A stretch of DNA of 63,083 nt, the filler included, from Octopus bimaculoides (Eukaryota), in NCBI RefSeq assembly GCF_001194135.2. It is 8 parts of 8 records of this genome, joined end to end, with 100 filler letters (N's around TTAATTAATTAA, not from the genome) between each part and the next. Parts side by side here need not be neighbours in the genome. Positions count along the whole stretch, not along the records: positions 1 to 22,882 come from NC_069003.1; positions 22,983 to 32,133 come from NC_068983.1; 6 more parts are not named here. One strand, written 5' to 3'. Made by a program: the position numbers and the translations under genes. The notes beneath the pieces were generated by a model that had not been told where the DNA came from, did not search any database, and was given only the letters and a program-made list of their open reading frames with translations. This document shows, in pieces, positions 13,206 through 24,667 of the stretch; positions within the stretch are counted from its first letter, which is position 1; each line of letters starts with the position of its first letter.

Positions 13206-13603
13206 CTCTATCTCTCTCTCTATCTNNNNNNNNNNNNNNNNNNNNNNNNNNNNNNNNNNNNNNNNNNNNNNNNNNNNNNNNNNNNNNNNNNNNNNNNNNN
13301 NNNNNNNNNNNNNNNNNNNNNNNNNNNNNNNNNNNNNNNNNNNNNNNNNNNNNNNNNNNNNNNNNNNNNNNNNNNNNNNNNNNNNNNNNNNNNNNNNNNN
13401 NNNNNNNNNNNNNNNNNNNNNNNNNNNNNNNNNNNNNNNGCTGTGTCTTTCGTATTAAAACATTTGAGGTTGTCAAATCAACATTGTCAATTTCAGTCCT
13501 TTAACAAGTATTTTCTATTTCAGAATAAAACTTATGTCCTCAGTACATTTTACTATTTGTTTGTATACGAATACAAAAATACATACACACATACATGTTC
13601 ATA

Positions 13604-13655
<52 letters not shown>

Positions 13656-13662
13656 GTTATCA

Positions 13663-13718
<56 letters not shown>

Positions 13719-13743
13719 GTTTTCACTTATATAATATATGGTT

Positions 13744-13778
<35 letters not shown>

Positions 13779-14615
13779 GCACATACACACGCACGCACAT
13801 ACACACATATACACGCAATAATTTCTATTGATTCACACATACAAATATGTACATGTGTATGCATCTGACTGTATATATGTAAAATGAGTGTATGTGTGTA
13901 TTTATTCCAAATTAAACATTACTACTTTACTTTAGCCTCGTGCATCGACAGACAACTGTTGATAATTTTACTTTCATTCATAATTCTTTTTCTTTTCACT
14001 TTTATACCCATTTGTACTGGATTTATTTTTAAAAAATACTTTCTGACATCGAACATTTTAAGAAAAATAACAAAGCTATGTTGTATTAAAATCCTATTGT
14101 TATTGCGTTCGAATTTCCGTTTGACTGCATTCATAAAATGCTTCAAACTCAACAGAAATACTCCTTCAATACCAATTACAGCTAACCGGATGAACTGGAG
14201 GTAACGTGTATATAAGTATATTTATTTGACAAACTACATTCAATATAGCCGGGGAAAATGATTCGAAAACGGATATTTCTTGTTAATCTGTTGTGAACTC
14301 AATCTTTTTAGTACAGAAAAGGAGGGGAAAAAAAGCAATGATAGCGTCTTTTATGATTCACTGATACAGCGACTGTCTGCAGACAGTCAAACACTGGAAC
14401 GGTTGATAAGCGAGAGTGAATACCCGTTGTAAAGAGAAACTGTTATCCTGTGAGGAACGTAACAGCGATTATCATACTTGGGTTCGAATCTGCGGGAATG
14501 GATTAGGGATGAACTTATAAATCATCGTTTCGAATCTTAATGTCCTTTCTAAGGGTTAGCAAACATGAGCAAGGATCAGCTAATAGTTTCTTTGGTAAAA
14601 ATTATAAATACGAAC

Positions 14616-14760
14616 CAGACATGGCTGTATGGTAAAAAGTTTGTTTCCAAACCATAAGGTCCCACCTTCAGTCCCACTGCTTGGCACCTTGGACAGTGTC
14701 TTCGGCCGACCAAAACCTTGTGAATGGATTTATTAAACGGAAAGTGAAAGAAGCAGGTCT

Positions 14761-14791
<31 letters not shown>

Positions 14792-15000
14792 ATATATACA
14801 TGTGTGCGTGTATCTGTGTGTGTCCTCCATCACCGCTTAACAATCGGTGATGGTGTATTTACGTCCCCGTAATCTAGCTGTTCATCAAGAGAAGACGATA
14901 GAATAAGTATGAGGCTTTACAAAATGTACTCGGGTCGACCTATTCGACTAAAATTTTTCAAGGCGCACGGTCTAATGAGTGAAACAAACAACAGATTAAA
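14616..15000 (+). mobile_element. SINE family B (tRNA head, CORE-like segment, internal (TG)n)
   Basis: TGGCTGTATGG A box, TTCAGTCCC B box, GCACCTTGGACAGTGTCTT (CORE-like); extra tail fragments in tandem at 15143-15430. Confidence 0.8.
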
Positions 15001-16224
15001 GAAAGTCCACTAGCTCAATTTTGATTTATTATTCTGGGTACTTCAGGATGACGATCCCCGTTTAGTTAGGTTTAAAAGTTTGGGTCCAGTCTTATAAAAA
15101 CTTACTAGTGTCCATTGTTTTGGCGAGAAAAAAAACTTCGAGGCTGCAGTCCAGTGACTGAAACAAAGAGATAGATCGATTAAGCACCAGACTTTAATAA
15201 TAAATAATTGGCATGGGGTGGGGTGGATTTGTTCGACTAAAAAAGCTTCTTCAAAGCGGTGCTCTAGCATGGCCGCAGTCAAATGATTGAAACAAAGACA
15301 TCGATAGAGTAAGCACCAAACTTTGAAAATAAGTACACCTGGGTCTGATTGTTCGACTAACAAAAAAAAATTCAACGTGTTGCTCCAGCGTGGCTGCAGT
15401 TCAAAGACTAAAACAAGTAAAAAAAAATAAAGATAATATATATCACAGTCATACGCGGCGGTCATTGGAATTGAAAGAAACCCTCCTCATTCAAATTGGC
15501 AGAGTGCCCTCATCAGAGGAAGTCGTTATTTCTCTTTCGTTTCCGTCAATACCGTTTCAGTGACTCCATATTTTGGTCTACTCAAAAAACCTAACTAAAC
15601 TTGGTAATATCAGTACAGTTCTATAATAGAGCTTGCTTTTGGCATTGGATTCCATCATTACGAAAGTCGAAGACTTTGTGTTGTAATCTCCTGGGAACTT
15701 TCCAAGTTGTCTCATTAGTGAAAATTCGAGAGTTTATTATGGGTCTCTTAAGAAGCTTGAGAAATTCTAGCGGGAATTTTTTCATTCTTCATATCATTAT
15801 TATCTGTCAATCATACTCGCAGAGAGATTCTTTACAAGAATATTTTAATTGTTGTGTCTATAATATTTCTTATGGTTGTTGTTGCTGTTGTTTTCTTTCC
15901 AGGTCAACCGTAATAGGTTTGATCAGTCCACGTATTTGTCATGTGTATCTAAGAGTACATTTGAAAATGTATCCGCGTTAGATATTTTCAACCTTGCAAG
16001 GCACGATTTTAATTTGAGTGAGATTTGGTTGTTATTTCTAAGTAGGGGTTCTTTAACAATTGTTGTTGTTGCGTTTGTCGAGAGACAAAAGATCAATGAG
16101 ATTCCATACGAGACCATCACGCCTTTCCAAACATATAACTGTATCACTGTATCAACCAAACAATCAGATTTAATACATCGTTGGTCCAAATATGCATCAA
16201 ACCCTCTCTTGACTGCGCCTTACT

Positions 16225-16490
16225 CTTTCACCTTGGCTCAAACCATTTAACGAAATCTCGCTATCGTCGTGAAGGTCTTCCGAGTGACATTTTCCAATCA
16301 CTTAGATGCTACTTAGCAACTGCACGACTCCCTCTGTGAACATTGCAATATGTCCGGCCCAGCAAAACTACATACTACTTTGGTATTCAGTGAAAAAGTC
16401 GTTTACACCACTTCGTTTTCGAATTAGCCTGACATCGGATACGCCCTCGCAACGATATTCATAGAAGAGATCTTTCTATAGCCTTTTGCA
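16225..16490 (-). mobile_element. RTE-clade LINE 3' fragment
   Basis: Minus-strand translation RKRSGVNDFFTEY...CWAGHIAMFTE...GRPSRR matches the RTE C-terminal WAGHIAR..RP.GRP..RW signature. Confidence 0.7.
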
Positions 16491-16596
16491 GCGTGGCCAG
16501 TCAATGATCTTACCTCTTTTTTATTGCCCACATCTCACTTGTGTTTAAGAGTGCATGCATGACGGTGCTATCGAAGAGTATGATACGTAGGTTATA

Positions 16597-16778
16597 CGAG
16601 GGGGTGCTAAACAGTTCTTGACTTTAAGGGTGTCACGACAGGGCAGATTTAGAAAAACCGAAGGACAGTTGCAATAAGTGTATGAACCTCTGAGGGGAAT
16701 ATTTTGAATAAAATCAGAATTAACTGATCCTCCTGTATTTTCTTTTACCCAGAGCCAGGAACTTTCCAGCACCCCTGG
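16597..16778 (+). mobile_element. Mariner-derived MITE (182 bp)
   Basis: TA|CGAGGGGGTGCTAAACAGTTCTTGACT ... AGCCAGGAACTTTCCAGCACCCCTGG|TA imperfect TIRs; the interior keeps the mariner C-terminus CNKCMNL*GEYFE*. Confidence 0.85.
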
Positions 16779-17189
16779 TATATTGAGGACTAATTTTACC
16801 GCTCTATCCTTGCTATTTGTTTTAAGTTGATAGGAGTGATTTGACACAATTTTAGCTGTCATTTCTAGCACATTGAGCGATTATATAAAGGATACATTTT
16901 TGTTGTAGTAGTAGTACTTGTTGTTGTTGTCGTGGTGGAGGTGGTGGTGGTGGTAGTGATTATTTCGACTCGATTCCCCTCTCCTGTTTATTGGCACAAT
17001 CGTTAGAGCGTCAGATACAATGGTTACAATATTTCTTCTTGGTCTGTAAACTCTTAGTTCAAATCCCACCAAGGTCTACTTTGCCTTTCATCCTCTGAGG
17101 GTCAACAGATATAAAGTACCATCGCAATGTCGGCGCAGTCCTTTCTCCCTGCAGTACCCTCAAACTGAACGTTACGCAAGGTCACGGGT

Positions 17190-18100
17190 AAAAGATGTCT
17201 GCTTATTCGATAAATACAAAACAGTCAGCTGGATCATAATACGTTATCCCGACCGCCAGGTGTACCTCAGTGGGTCCCTCTCCTTCACAACTCCTCCGGT
17301 TCGAAAGCGAAAGTTCAGAGCAGGCCCATTCACACGGGCTATCTTCGCCGCATTCAACCCACCTTTCAACAAAAATACTGGTGGTGACGGTGGTACTGGG
17401 GAAGAACTTCTCTCTCTACCCTCACTTTCCTTTTCAAGTGGAACTTGAAAATGTCGATGAGGGCTTAGTCTAAGAGGAAATTGTTTGTCTTCGTCCTTTC
17501 AATCTCGTCCACCACACCGCCTCCTTCGCCTCAGACACCAAATAGAGGAAAACTGCCTTTCCTTCCCGGCTAAAGAAAGTCGGTGGGGGCAGTCTTCAAG
17601 ATGGACTTGGCTTCTAACTGGATCCGTTTCTACTCGCATCAACAGCTGCTCGACAAAACTCCACAAGTCAGTTATGCCCGGGCATTACTGGACGAGTGCA
17701 TGGAGGAGGGTTTCGTCGTCTTGCTCACATCTTGGACAAGTCTGTCTCTGACTGCACACTTGTGCCTGTAGAACTTTTCCCGAACTGGTAGAGCTCCCCG
17801 GTAGTGCTGCCAGGCCAGGGATTTTTGGAAATTATCCATAGGCCCTGGCCCAAAAGTACCCCGAAAAAGATCAGCTAATTGATCCCTATCGAGATCCAGA
17901 GTTTCCTCGAGGACGTCATCGCTTTTGCCCGTCACTAATCCCTTATAGAACTTCATAGTGGAATTTCCACAGGCCGCATTGACCAATTTAATATTCATTC
18001 TTTGTGTGCAACCAATTGGTTTGGGATCCTTGGTCCTTTAACGTCTAAGTTCAGATCCTGCCAGAGATCAGCTTTTTCTTTCACCTCTGTGGAGTAGATA
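17190..18100 (-). mobile_element. Tx1/L1-clade LINE 3' fragment (zf-RVT/CCHC region)
   Basis: LAWQHYRGALPVREKFYRH, then (frameshift) CPRCEQDDETLLHALVQ*CPGITDLWSFVEQLL, then KEAVWWTRLK...FHLKRKVRVEREV...FVERWV. Confidence 0.88.
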
Positions 18101-18394
18101 AAACGATCTTTAGCCTTGTTCCCAAATTTAAGATAATCATGTGTTATACAAATCGGCAGAGTCGAAAAAACATTAAGTGAAAGGTCACACGGTCTCTGCC
18201 TTCTGAATTAAAATTCCGCCGAAGTCAATTTTACCTATAAGCTTTTCGGGTTTCGATGAAAAGTGCATCCATGCAACTAATAGACTGGTACAATTGTTTT
18301 GACAGTCACAACTATGGAAAAATTAGCAATTTTCTACAACAAAGTACACCTGCGTATACAGCTTTCCTCATCTTTATTTTAACACTCACTTTGC

Positions 18395-18520
18395 TATGAT
18401 AGCTTGGGTTGGACGCCGTTTATTAAGGCGGATATTCTACGGCTGGATACCCTTCCTGTTGCTAACCTTCACCAATTTCCAAATAATGTCAATATTGCCC
18501 AATGGCCATACATGTTCGCG
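18395..18520 (+). repeat. Interspersed repeat family D (other copies 57975-58110 - and 58620-58955 -)
   Basis: Shared GGGTTGGA...TTCTACGGCTGGATRCCCTTCCT..CGCCAACC core in three places. Confidence 0.6.
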
Positions 18521-18683
18521 TCGAATATTTAAAAGGATACCAACATGTATAACAGGGAAAATCATTTTACAAGTATCATATGATATCACGACAAAGGGAT
18601 ACAATCACACAGACACAAAACTTTACATACACACATTGACACAAACATACATACACACACTTATGCACACGCACACAAGTATA

Positions 18684-18843
18684 GGCACAGGCCTGACTGT
18701 GTGATAAGACGTCTACTTCCCAACCACATAGTTCTGGGTTCAATCCCTCTGCATGGCACATTGGGCTAGTGTTTTCTACTATAGCCTCAGGCCTACCAAA
18801 GCCTTGTGAGTGGATTTGATAGATAGAAATCGAAAGAAGTCTG

Positions 18844-18878
<35 letters not shown>

Positions 18879-19103
18879 CGTATGTGAGTGTGTCTGTGCT
18901 TGTGTATCTGTTTGTCACTCAGCACCGCCTGACAACTGGTGTTGTTGTGTTTATGTCTCCATAAATTAGCGGTTCGGCAAAGGAAACCGATAGAATACGT
19001 AAAACACTTAAAAACGAATAAGTACTGGGTCGATTTGTTTAAATAAAATTCTTCAAACGGGCCCCAACATGGCTACAGTCAATAATGACTGACACAAGTA
19101 AAA
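18684..19103 (+). mobile_element. SINE family B, near full length, internal (TG)n
   Basis: Same head, CORE-like segment and tail as 14616-15000; tail GGCTACAGTCAATAATGACTGACACAAGTAAAA. Confidence 0.85.
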
Positions 19104-19855
19104 NNNNNNNNNNNNNNNNNNNNNNNNNNNNNNNNNNNNNNNNNNNNNNNNNNNNNNNNNNNNNNNNNNNNNNNNNNNNNNNNNNNNNNNNNNNNNNNNN
19201 NNNNNNNNNNNNNNNNNNNNNNNNNNNNNNNNNNNNNNNNNNNNNNNNNNNNNNNNNNNNNNNNNNNNNNNNNNNNNNNNNNNNNNNNNNNNNNNNNNNN
19301 NNNNNNNNNNNNNNNNNNNNNNNNNNNNNNNNNNNNNNNNNNNNNNNNNNNNNNNNNNNNNNNNNNNNNNNNNNNNNNNNNNNNNNNNNNNNNNNNNNNN
19401 NNNNNNNNNNNNNNNNNNNNNNNNNNNNNNNNNNNNNNNNNNNNNNNNNNNNNNNNNNNNNNNNNNNNNNNNNNNNNNNNNNNNNNNNNNNNNNNNNNNN
19501 NNNNNNNNNNNNNNNNNNNNNNNNNNNNNNNNNNNNNNNNNNNNNNNNNNNNNNNNNNNNNNNNNNNNNNNNNNNNNNNNNNNNNNNNNNNNNNNNNNNN
19601 NNNNNNNNNNNNNNNNNNNNNNNNNNNNNNNNNNNNNNNNNNNNNNNNNNNNNNNNNNNNNNNNNNNNNNNNNNNNNNNNNNNNNNNNNNNNNNNNNNNN
19701 NNNNNNNNNNNNNNNNNNNNNNNNNNNNNNNNNNNNNNNNNNNNNNNNNNNNNNNNNNNNNNNNNNNNNNNNNNNNNNNNNNNNNNNNNNNNNNNNNNNN
19801 NNNNNNNNNNNNNNNNNNNNNNNNNNNNNNNNNNNNNNNNNNNNNNNNNNNNNNN

Positions 19856-19928
<73 letters not shown>

Positions 19929-20349
19929 TATAACTAAATAAAATGCTCCGCTAATGATGTATTTCCTTGATGAATCAGGATTGTTAATTTAAGTTGATAT
20001 AAATGCATTTATAAATAATTCTTCCTGAACTCCTAGTGAGTACAAGTTAATATCTGTGTTTAGGTTATGTATTTCTGCTGCTATTTAATGGATTTTTGTC
20101 CTAACCATCAACAGGGAAAGTGTGTGTGTGTGTGTGAATGCATGCGTACATGTGCGTGCGTTTGTAATTTCAAACTGCCATTATATTTATTACTAGATAA
20201 TATATTATATTATATTACAATATGCTATTTTATATTAAATTGTTATATTAAATTATATCAGATTGAGTTATATCATATTAATGGCTGCAGTTCAATGACT
20301 GAAACAAGTAAAAGAATAAAAAGAATATCATATTGTATTACATTATATC

Positions 20350-21870
20350 AAGGCGGCGAGCTGGCTGACTCGTTAGCACGTCGGGAAAAATGCTTAGCGG
20401 CATTTCGTCCATTTTCACGTTCTAAGTACAATTTCTGCCGAGATCGACTATGCCTTTCATCCTTTCGGGGTCGACAAAATAAGTACCGCTTGATCACTGT
20501 GGTCGATATAATTGACTTGTCCCCTCCCCCAGAATTGAGCTAAAATTTGAAGTCGTTATATTACATTATATTAGAAGTGTGGTTAACTGACCAGAATCTT
20601 CAGTATGTCGGACAAAATGCTTAGCGGTATTTATTACGTTCTGTGGTTCATTGAGTTCTGAATTTAAATCGCGTCGAGGTTTATGTTGCCGTTCACCCTT
20701 CAGTGACGATAAAATAAGCAGCACTTGAGCACTGGGGTCGATGTAATCGACTTGCCCCCGTCCCCCCAAATTTCAGGGTCTTGTGCCTATAGTAGAAAAA
20801 TTTAGGTTGGCAGAGTTTGTAGAATCGAAAGTTCGTCGGCAAAGTGCTTCACAGCATTTCTTGCGGCTCATCACGTTCCGCCGAGCTCAACTTTGCCTTT
20901 CATTCTTTCGGGGTCTATAAAATAAGTACAAATTAAGGAGTGGGAACGGCATAATCCACTTACCATTCCTCCCAAAATTACTGGTTTTCTGCCAAAATTT
21001 GAAACCGTATCCTTGGACAATATATTGGTTTCGAATTTTGGCACAAGACCAGTAATTTCGTTGATTACATCCACCTCAGTGCCAACTGGTGATTATTTTA
21101 TCGACCTCGAAAGTATGAGACCCCCGGGTAGCATTTAAACTTAAAACCCGATGTCGGAAGAAATACTTCTAAGCATTTTGCCCGACGAGCGAAGGATTCT
21201 GCCAGATCGCCGCTTTATTATAGGACATAATATTCAAGGGGTGAATAGACGGCTGAATCTTTAAAAACATCAAAGAAAACTTTTTGCAGTGCTTATGTAG
21301 TATCTTCTTATTTGAGTTCAGTTCCTGCTGATGCCGCTTTTGCCTTTTTATTCTTCAGCGATCAGTAAATCAAAAGTGCTAGACAAGTATTTGTGGGAGG
21401 GACATAGCTCCGAGGAAAACGCTAGCTTCAAAACTTGCGGCTCGATCATTAAAAAGTTCGAAAAAATTCACTGGAAGATTTGTTGCAGGTATTTAGCTTC
21501 AGGTCAGCTGTGTCTTATGCCGCTGTGGAACTAAAATAAAGTACAAGTGATGTACTAGAGTTGGTTCAATTGATTGACTGCTAATCTCCCGCCTTCGTGG
21601 ACAAACACACAGCAAATGTATTTATATTAGAAATTTTAGTTTCAATTTTTGGCACAGGGCTAGCAATTTCGGGGGAGGGTTGAAGTCGATTAAACCGAAA
21701 GAATGAAAGGTAAATTTGTCCTCGGCAGAATTTGAACTAAAAAAATAATGATGGACGCAATGTCGATAAATCCATGTTAGAAATATTAAATTATATTATG
21801 TAATAATAATATAAGGTGGTGATCTGGCAGAGTCGTTCGACGCCGCAAGAAATACTTGGAGGCACTTCTT
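20350..21870. mobile_element. Cluster of at least 6 SINE family A copies in both orientations
   Basis: Heads at about 20350, 20575, 20805 and 21815 (+); minus-strand copies at about 21020-21215 and 21630-21760. Confidence 0.8.
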
Positions 21871-21955
21871 CTTTTTATCTTTATTTTTAGTGCAAACGTT
21901 AAAAACAAAGTATTTCACGTTCTCTCGAAGTTTCTATATTCTTATGAAGTAAACG

Positions 21956-21987
<32 letters not shown>

Positions 21988-22269
21988 ACTAATTATTTGT
22001 GACAAAAGCAAGATTAATATCAAAACAAAATCTTCATATCTAACTTAACGTAGATGTTTTGTTAAAACCCCGAATATTGTGATGTTCACCTTCAAACGTC
22101 CTCACATGGTGAATAAAAGCACACATGTTTATATATCATTCGCAGACCAGAGATCTGGTGTTTCTGGCGCCCATATGAGATGATTTTAGTTTCCTAACGA
22201 TATATCTATAGTCAATAATACATATATAAGAAAAGATGCACACTCTAAAGAATAGAACAGTGATTAATA

Positions 22270-22848
22270 AAACAAAAAATTAAATTCTGGTCATAGAGTT
22301 ACCAAAGGTTTGGTATCCATGAAAGCGACTCTATACAAAGAACAAAAGGATTTTAAATTTCTACCACGCGGACGTGAGGAAACGCTCAGACATCGAGATT
22401 TGAGGCCTAATGTATAAAAATGTTAATGAGGACGGATTGTCTCCTCTGGATTAGAGGATGAAACAAACCTTACAGACCCGAAAAGGCAAAACCAGCAAAC
22501 GGGATGAACTATTTGATGCCAGTGCTTCGTTGTAGTAGGGGGCAGCGGTGTTGAATATATCTTGATTAGAGGGTAGATTTGAGATTTGGTCTCACTCTTT
22601 GCTGGTTAGGCCTTTTCAGGTCTGTAAGGGTCGTTTTATCCTCTGATCCAGGGGAGACAATCCATCCCCATTAACGTTTTTATACGTTAGGGCTTAACTC
22701 TCGATATCTAAGCGTGTCCTCACGTCCGCGTGGTAGGAAGTTAATTTTTCTTTGTCCTTGTATTGAGTCTGACAGGCAGTCCACAAGGCTTTCGCTTTTG
22801 TGGATACGAAACCTTTGGTAAGTCTATGACTAGAGTTTAAATTTTTGT

Positions 22849-22850
<2 letters not shown>
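22270..22850. mobile_element. Foldback/long-TIR non-autonomous element (about 230-250 bp arms, about 100 bp spacer, TA flanks)
   Basis: 22270-22499 is the imperfect reverse complement of 22598-22850 (e.g. CTACCACGCGGACGTGAGGA / TCCTCACGTCCGCGTGGTAG; GGATTGTCTCC / GGAGACAATCC). Confidence 0.88.
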
Positions 22851-22882
<32 letters not shown>

Positions 22883-22982
22883 NNNNNNNNNNNNNNNNNN
22901 NNNNNNNNNNNNNNNNNNNNNNNNNNTTAATTAATTAANNNNNNNNNNNNNNNNNNNNNNNNNNNNNNNNNNNNNNNNNNNN
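22883..22982. other. Artificial scaffold linker N44-TTAATTAATTAA-N44 (also 32134-32233, 44476-44575, 54949-55048, 56988-57087, 60034-60133, 61983-62082)
   Basis: Seven identical 100-bp structures; the 12-mer is palindromic and puts TAA in all six frames. Confidence 0.97.
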
Positions 22983-23054
22983 ATATATATATATATATAT
23001 ATATAAAACAAACAAGCAGGTGTATTAGTTTGACGCTCGGTAAGGTGAGAAAGT

Positions 23055-23090
23055 CTTTTACGTTTCGAGCTTACGCTCTTCAACAGAAAG
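23055..23090 (-). ncRNA. Minimal hammerhead-like motif, non-canonical core, inside a repeat spanning about 23005-23125
   Basis: Minus strand CTTT-CTGTTGA-A-GAGC(GTAA)GCTC-GAAAC-GTA-AAAG: stem I, stem II with GNRA loop, minimal ACGT stem III. Confidence 0.55.
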
Positions 23091-23249
23091 GAACACGATG
23101 AAATAAACAGAGAGAGAATATACATATTTATATATATATATATTTAGCAATAAGAAAATGGAGGGGAATATGTGATACTCATCAACTTGCAAACACTGTA
23201 CTATGTTAATTAACCTGTTTATTTTTCAACCAAAAGGACAATAAAGACA

Positions 23250-23350
23250 ATATACAAACACATATGACACAATATGTCATATCAACAATTAAAAATTCAA
23301 AAGGACATCTGGTGACCGAAGAAGGGACAAAGTCTTACAGTTGTTTCGGC
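23250..23350 (-). repeat. Inverted partial copy of the hammerhead-bearing element at 24140-24247
   Basis: About 100 bp matching the reverse complement of 24140-24247 with about 4 substitutions and one 7-bp indel. Confidence 0.9.
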
Positions 23351-24026
23351 TGAGAGGACTTAACAGCAAAAATTTCCCCTCCCCAATGCCAGCAGGATTC
23401 CAAATACCCACTACCAGCAGGACTCTAACTTCTCCATAAACAGAAAAATAACGGAGTATCTTATCGCAGGTTAAAAAAGTCTAGACATTATTATCATAAC
23501 AATTCCTCTCGAAATAATTTTTACATAAATCCCTCCATTACAAACAGGCCTAACACGTTCGTACCCCACAGGTTTCGCATATAAACAAATATATATATAC
23601 ATATAGGTCTGAACATTGTGCTGAAAATATAGTGATAAGAACCCTTGCACCGGTCGTCCTTTCCAAACGCAACTAAAAGCGTATGTACCAGGAAACATGT
23701 ATGTATGGGAGTGTTTACATATACATATGTGTATGTATGTATGTTTGGGTGGGTATATATATATGTCTGTCCTCCTCATATATAGTAACTATAACATTTG
23801 ACTCTTTGGTGTGCATATATAGACATTTATGTATGTACATCTAAACACACATATAGGTATTCATGTATTTATATTTATGTATTTATGTATATTTGTATAT
23901 ATTAAAGTATGCATGCATATGCATATATATGTGAGTTTTCATGACTCTTTATATGGTCTTTTTATATCCTCTTATATTTTTATATTTATATTGGAATTTT
24001 GTAAACTTCATGAACTGAACTTTGTA

Positions 24027-24160
24027 AATCTCTGAAGAGGCCTAGAGAATCATGCATGTACGTCCATTGCATCCTTTTCATCTACCAATTACTCCAGCGT
24101 ACTGGAGTTATATAGATAGAATGAGGCATGCCGCACTAGGCCGAAACAGCTGTAAGACTT
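24027..24160 (+). ncRNA. Type I minimal hammerhead ribozyme with a 90-nt insertion in loop II (Penelope pLTR/retrozyme-like)
   Basis: TCT-CTGAAGA(24032-38)-GGCCTAG...CTAGGCC-GAAAC-AGCT-GTA-AGA: complete core, 7-bp stem II, palindromic stem III ACAGCTGT, predicted cleavage after A24154. Confidence 0.8.
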
Positions 24161-24257
24161 TGTCCCTTCTTCAGTCACTAGATGTCCTTTTGAATTTTGA
24201 ATTTTTAATTGTTGATATGACATAGTGTGTCATATGTGTTTGTATATACATACATAC

Positions 24258-24310
<53 letters not shown>

Positions 24311-24607
24311 CACATATATATATATATATATGTGTATANNNNNNNNNNNNNNNNNNNNNNNNNNNNNNNNNNNNNNNNNNNNNNNNNNNNNNNNNNNNNN
24401 NNNNNNNNNNNNNNNNNNNNNNNNNNNNNNNNNNNNNNNNNNNNNNNNNNNNNNNNNNNNNNNNNNNNNNNNNNNNNNNNNNNNNNNNNNNNNNNNNNNN
24501 NNNNNNNNNNNNNNNNNNNNNNNNNNNNNNNNNNNNNNNNNNNNNNNNNNNNNNNNNNNNNNNNNNNNNNNNNNNNNNNNNNNNNNNNNNNNNNNNNNNN
24601 NNNNNNN

Positions 24608-24667
<60 letters not shown>

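Noticed and set aside
14371-14388. Perfect 18-bp palindrome GACTGTCTGCAGACAGTC
   Set aside because: Chance expectation is about 63000/4^9, or 0.2, per window; no supporting context.
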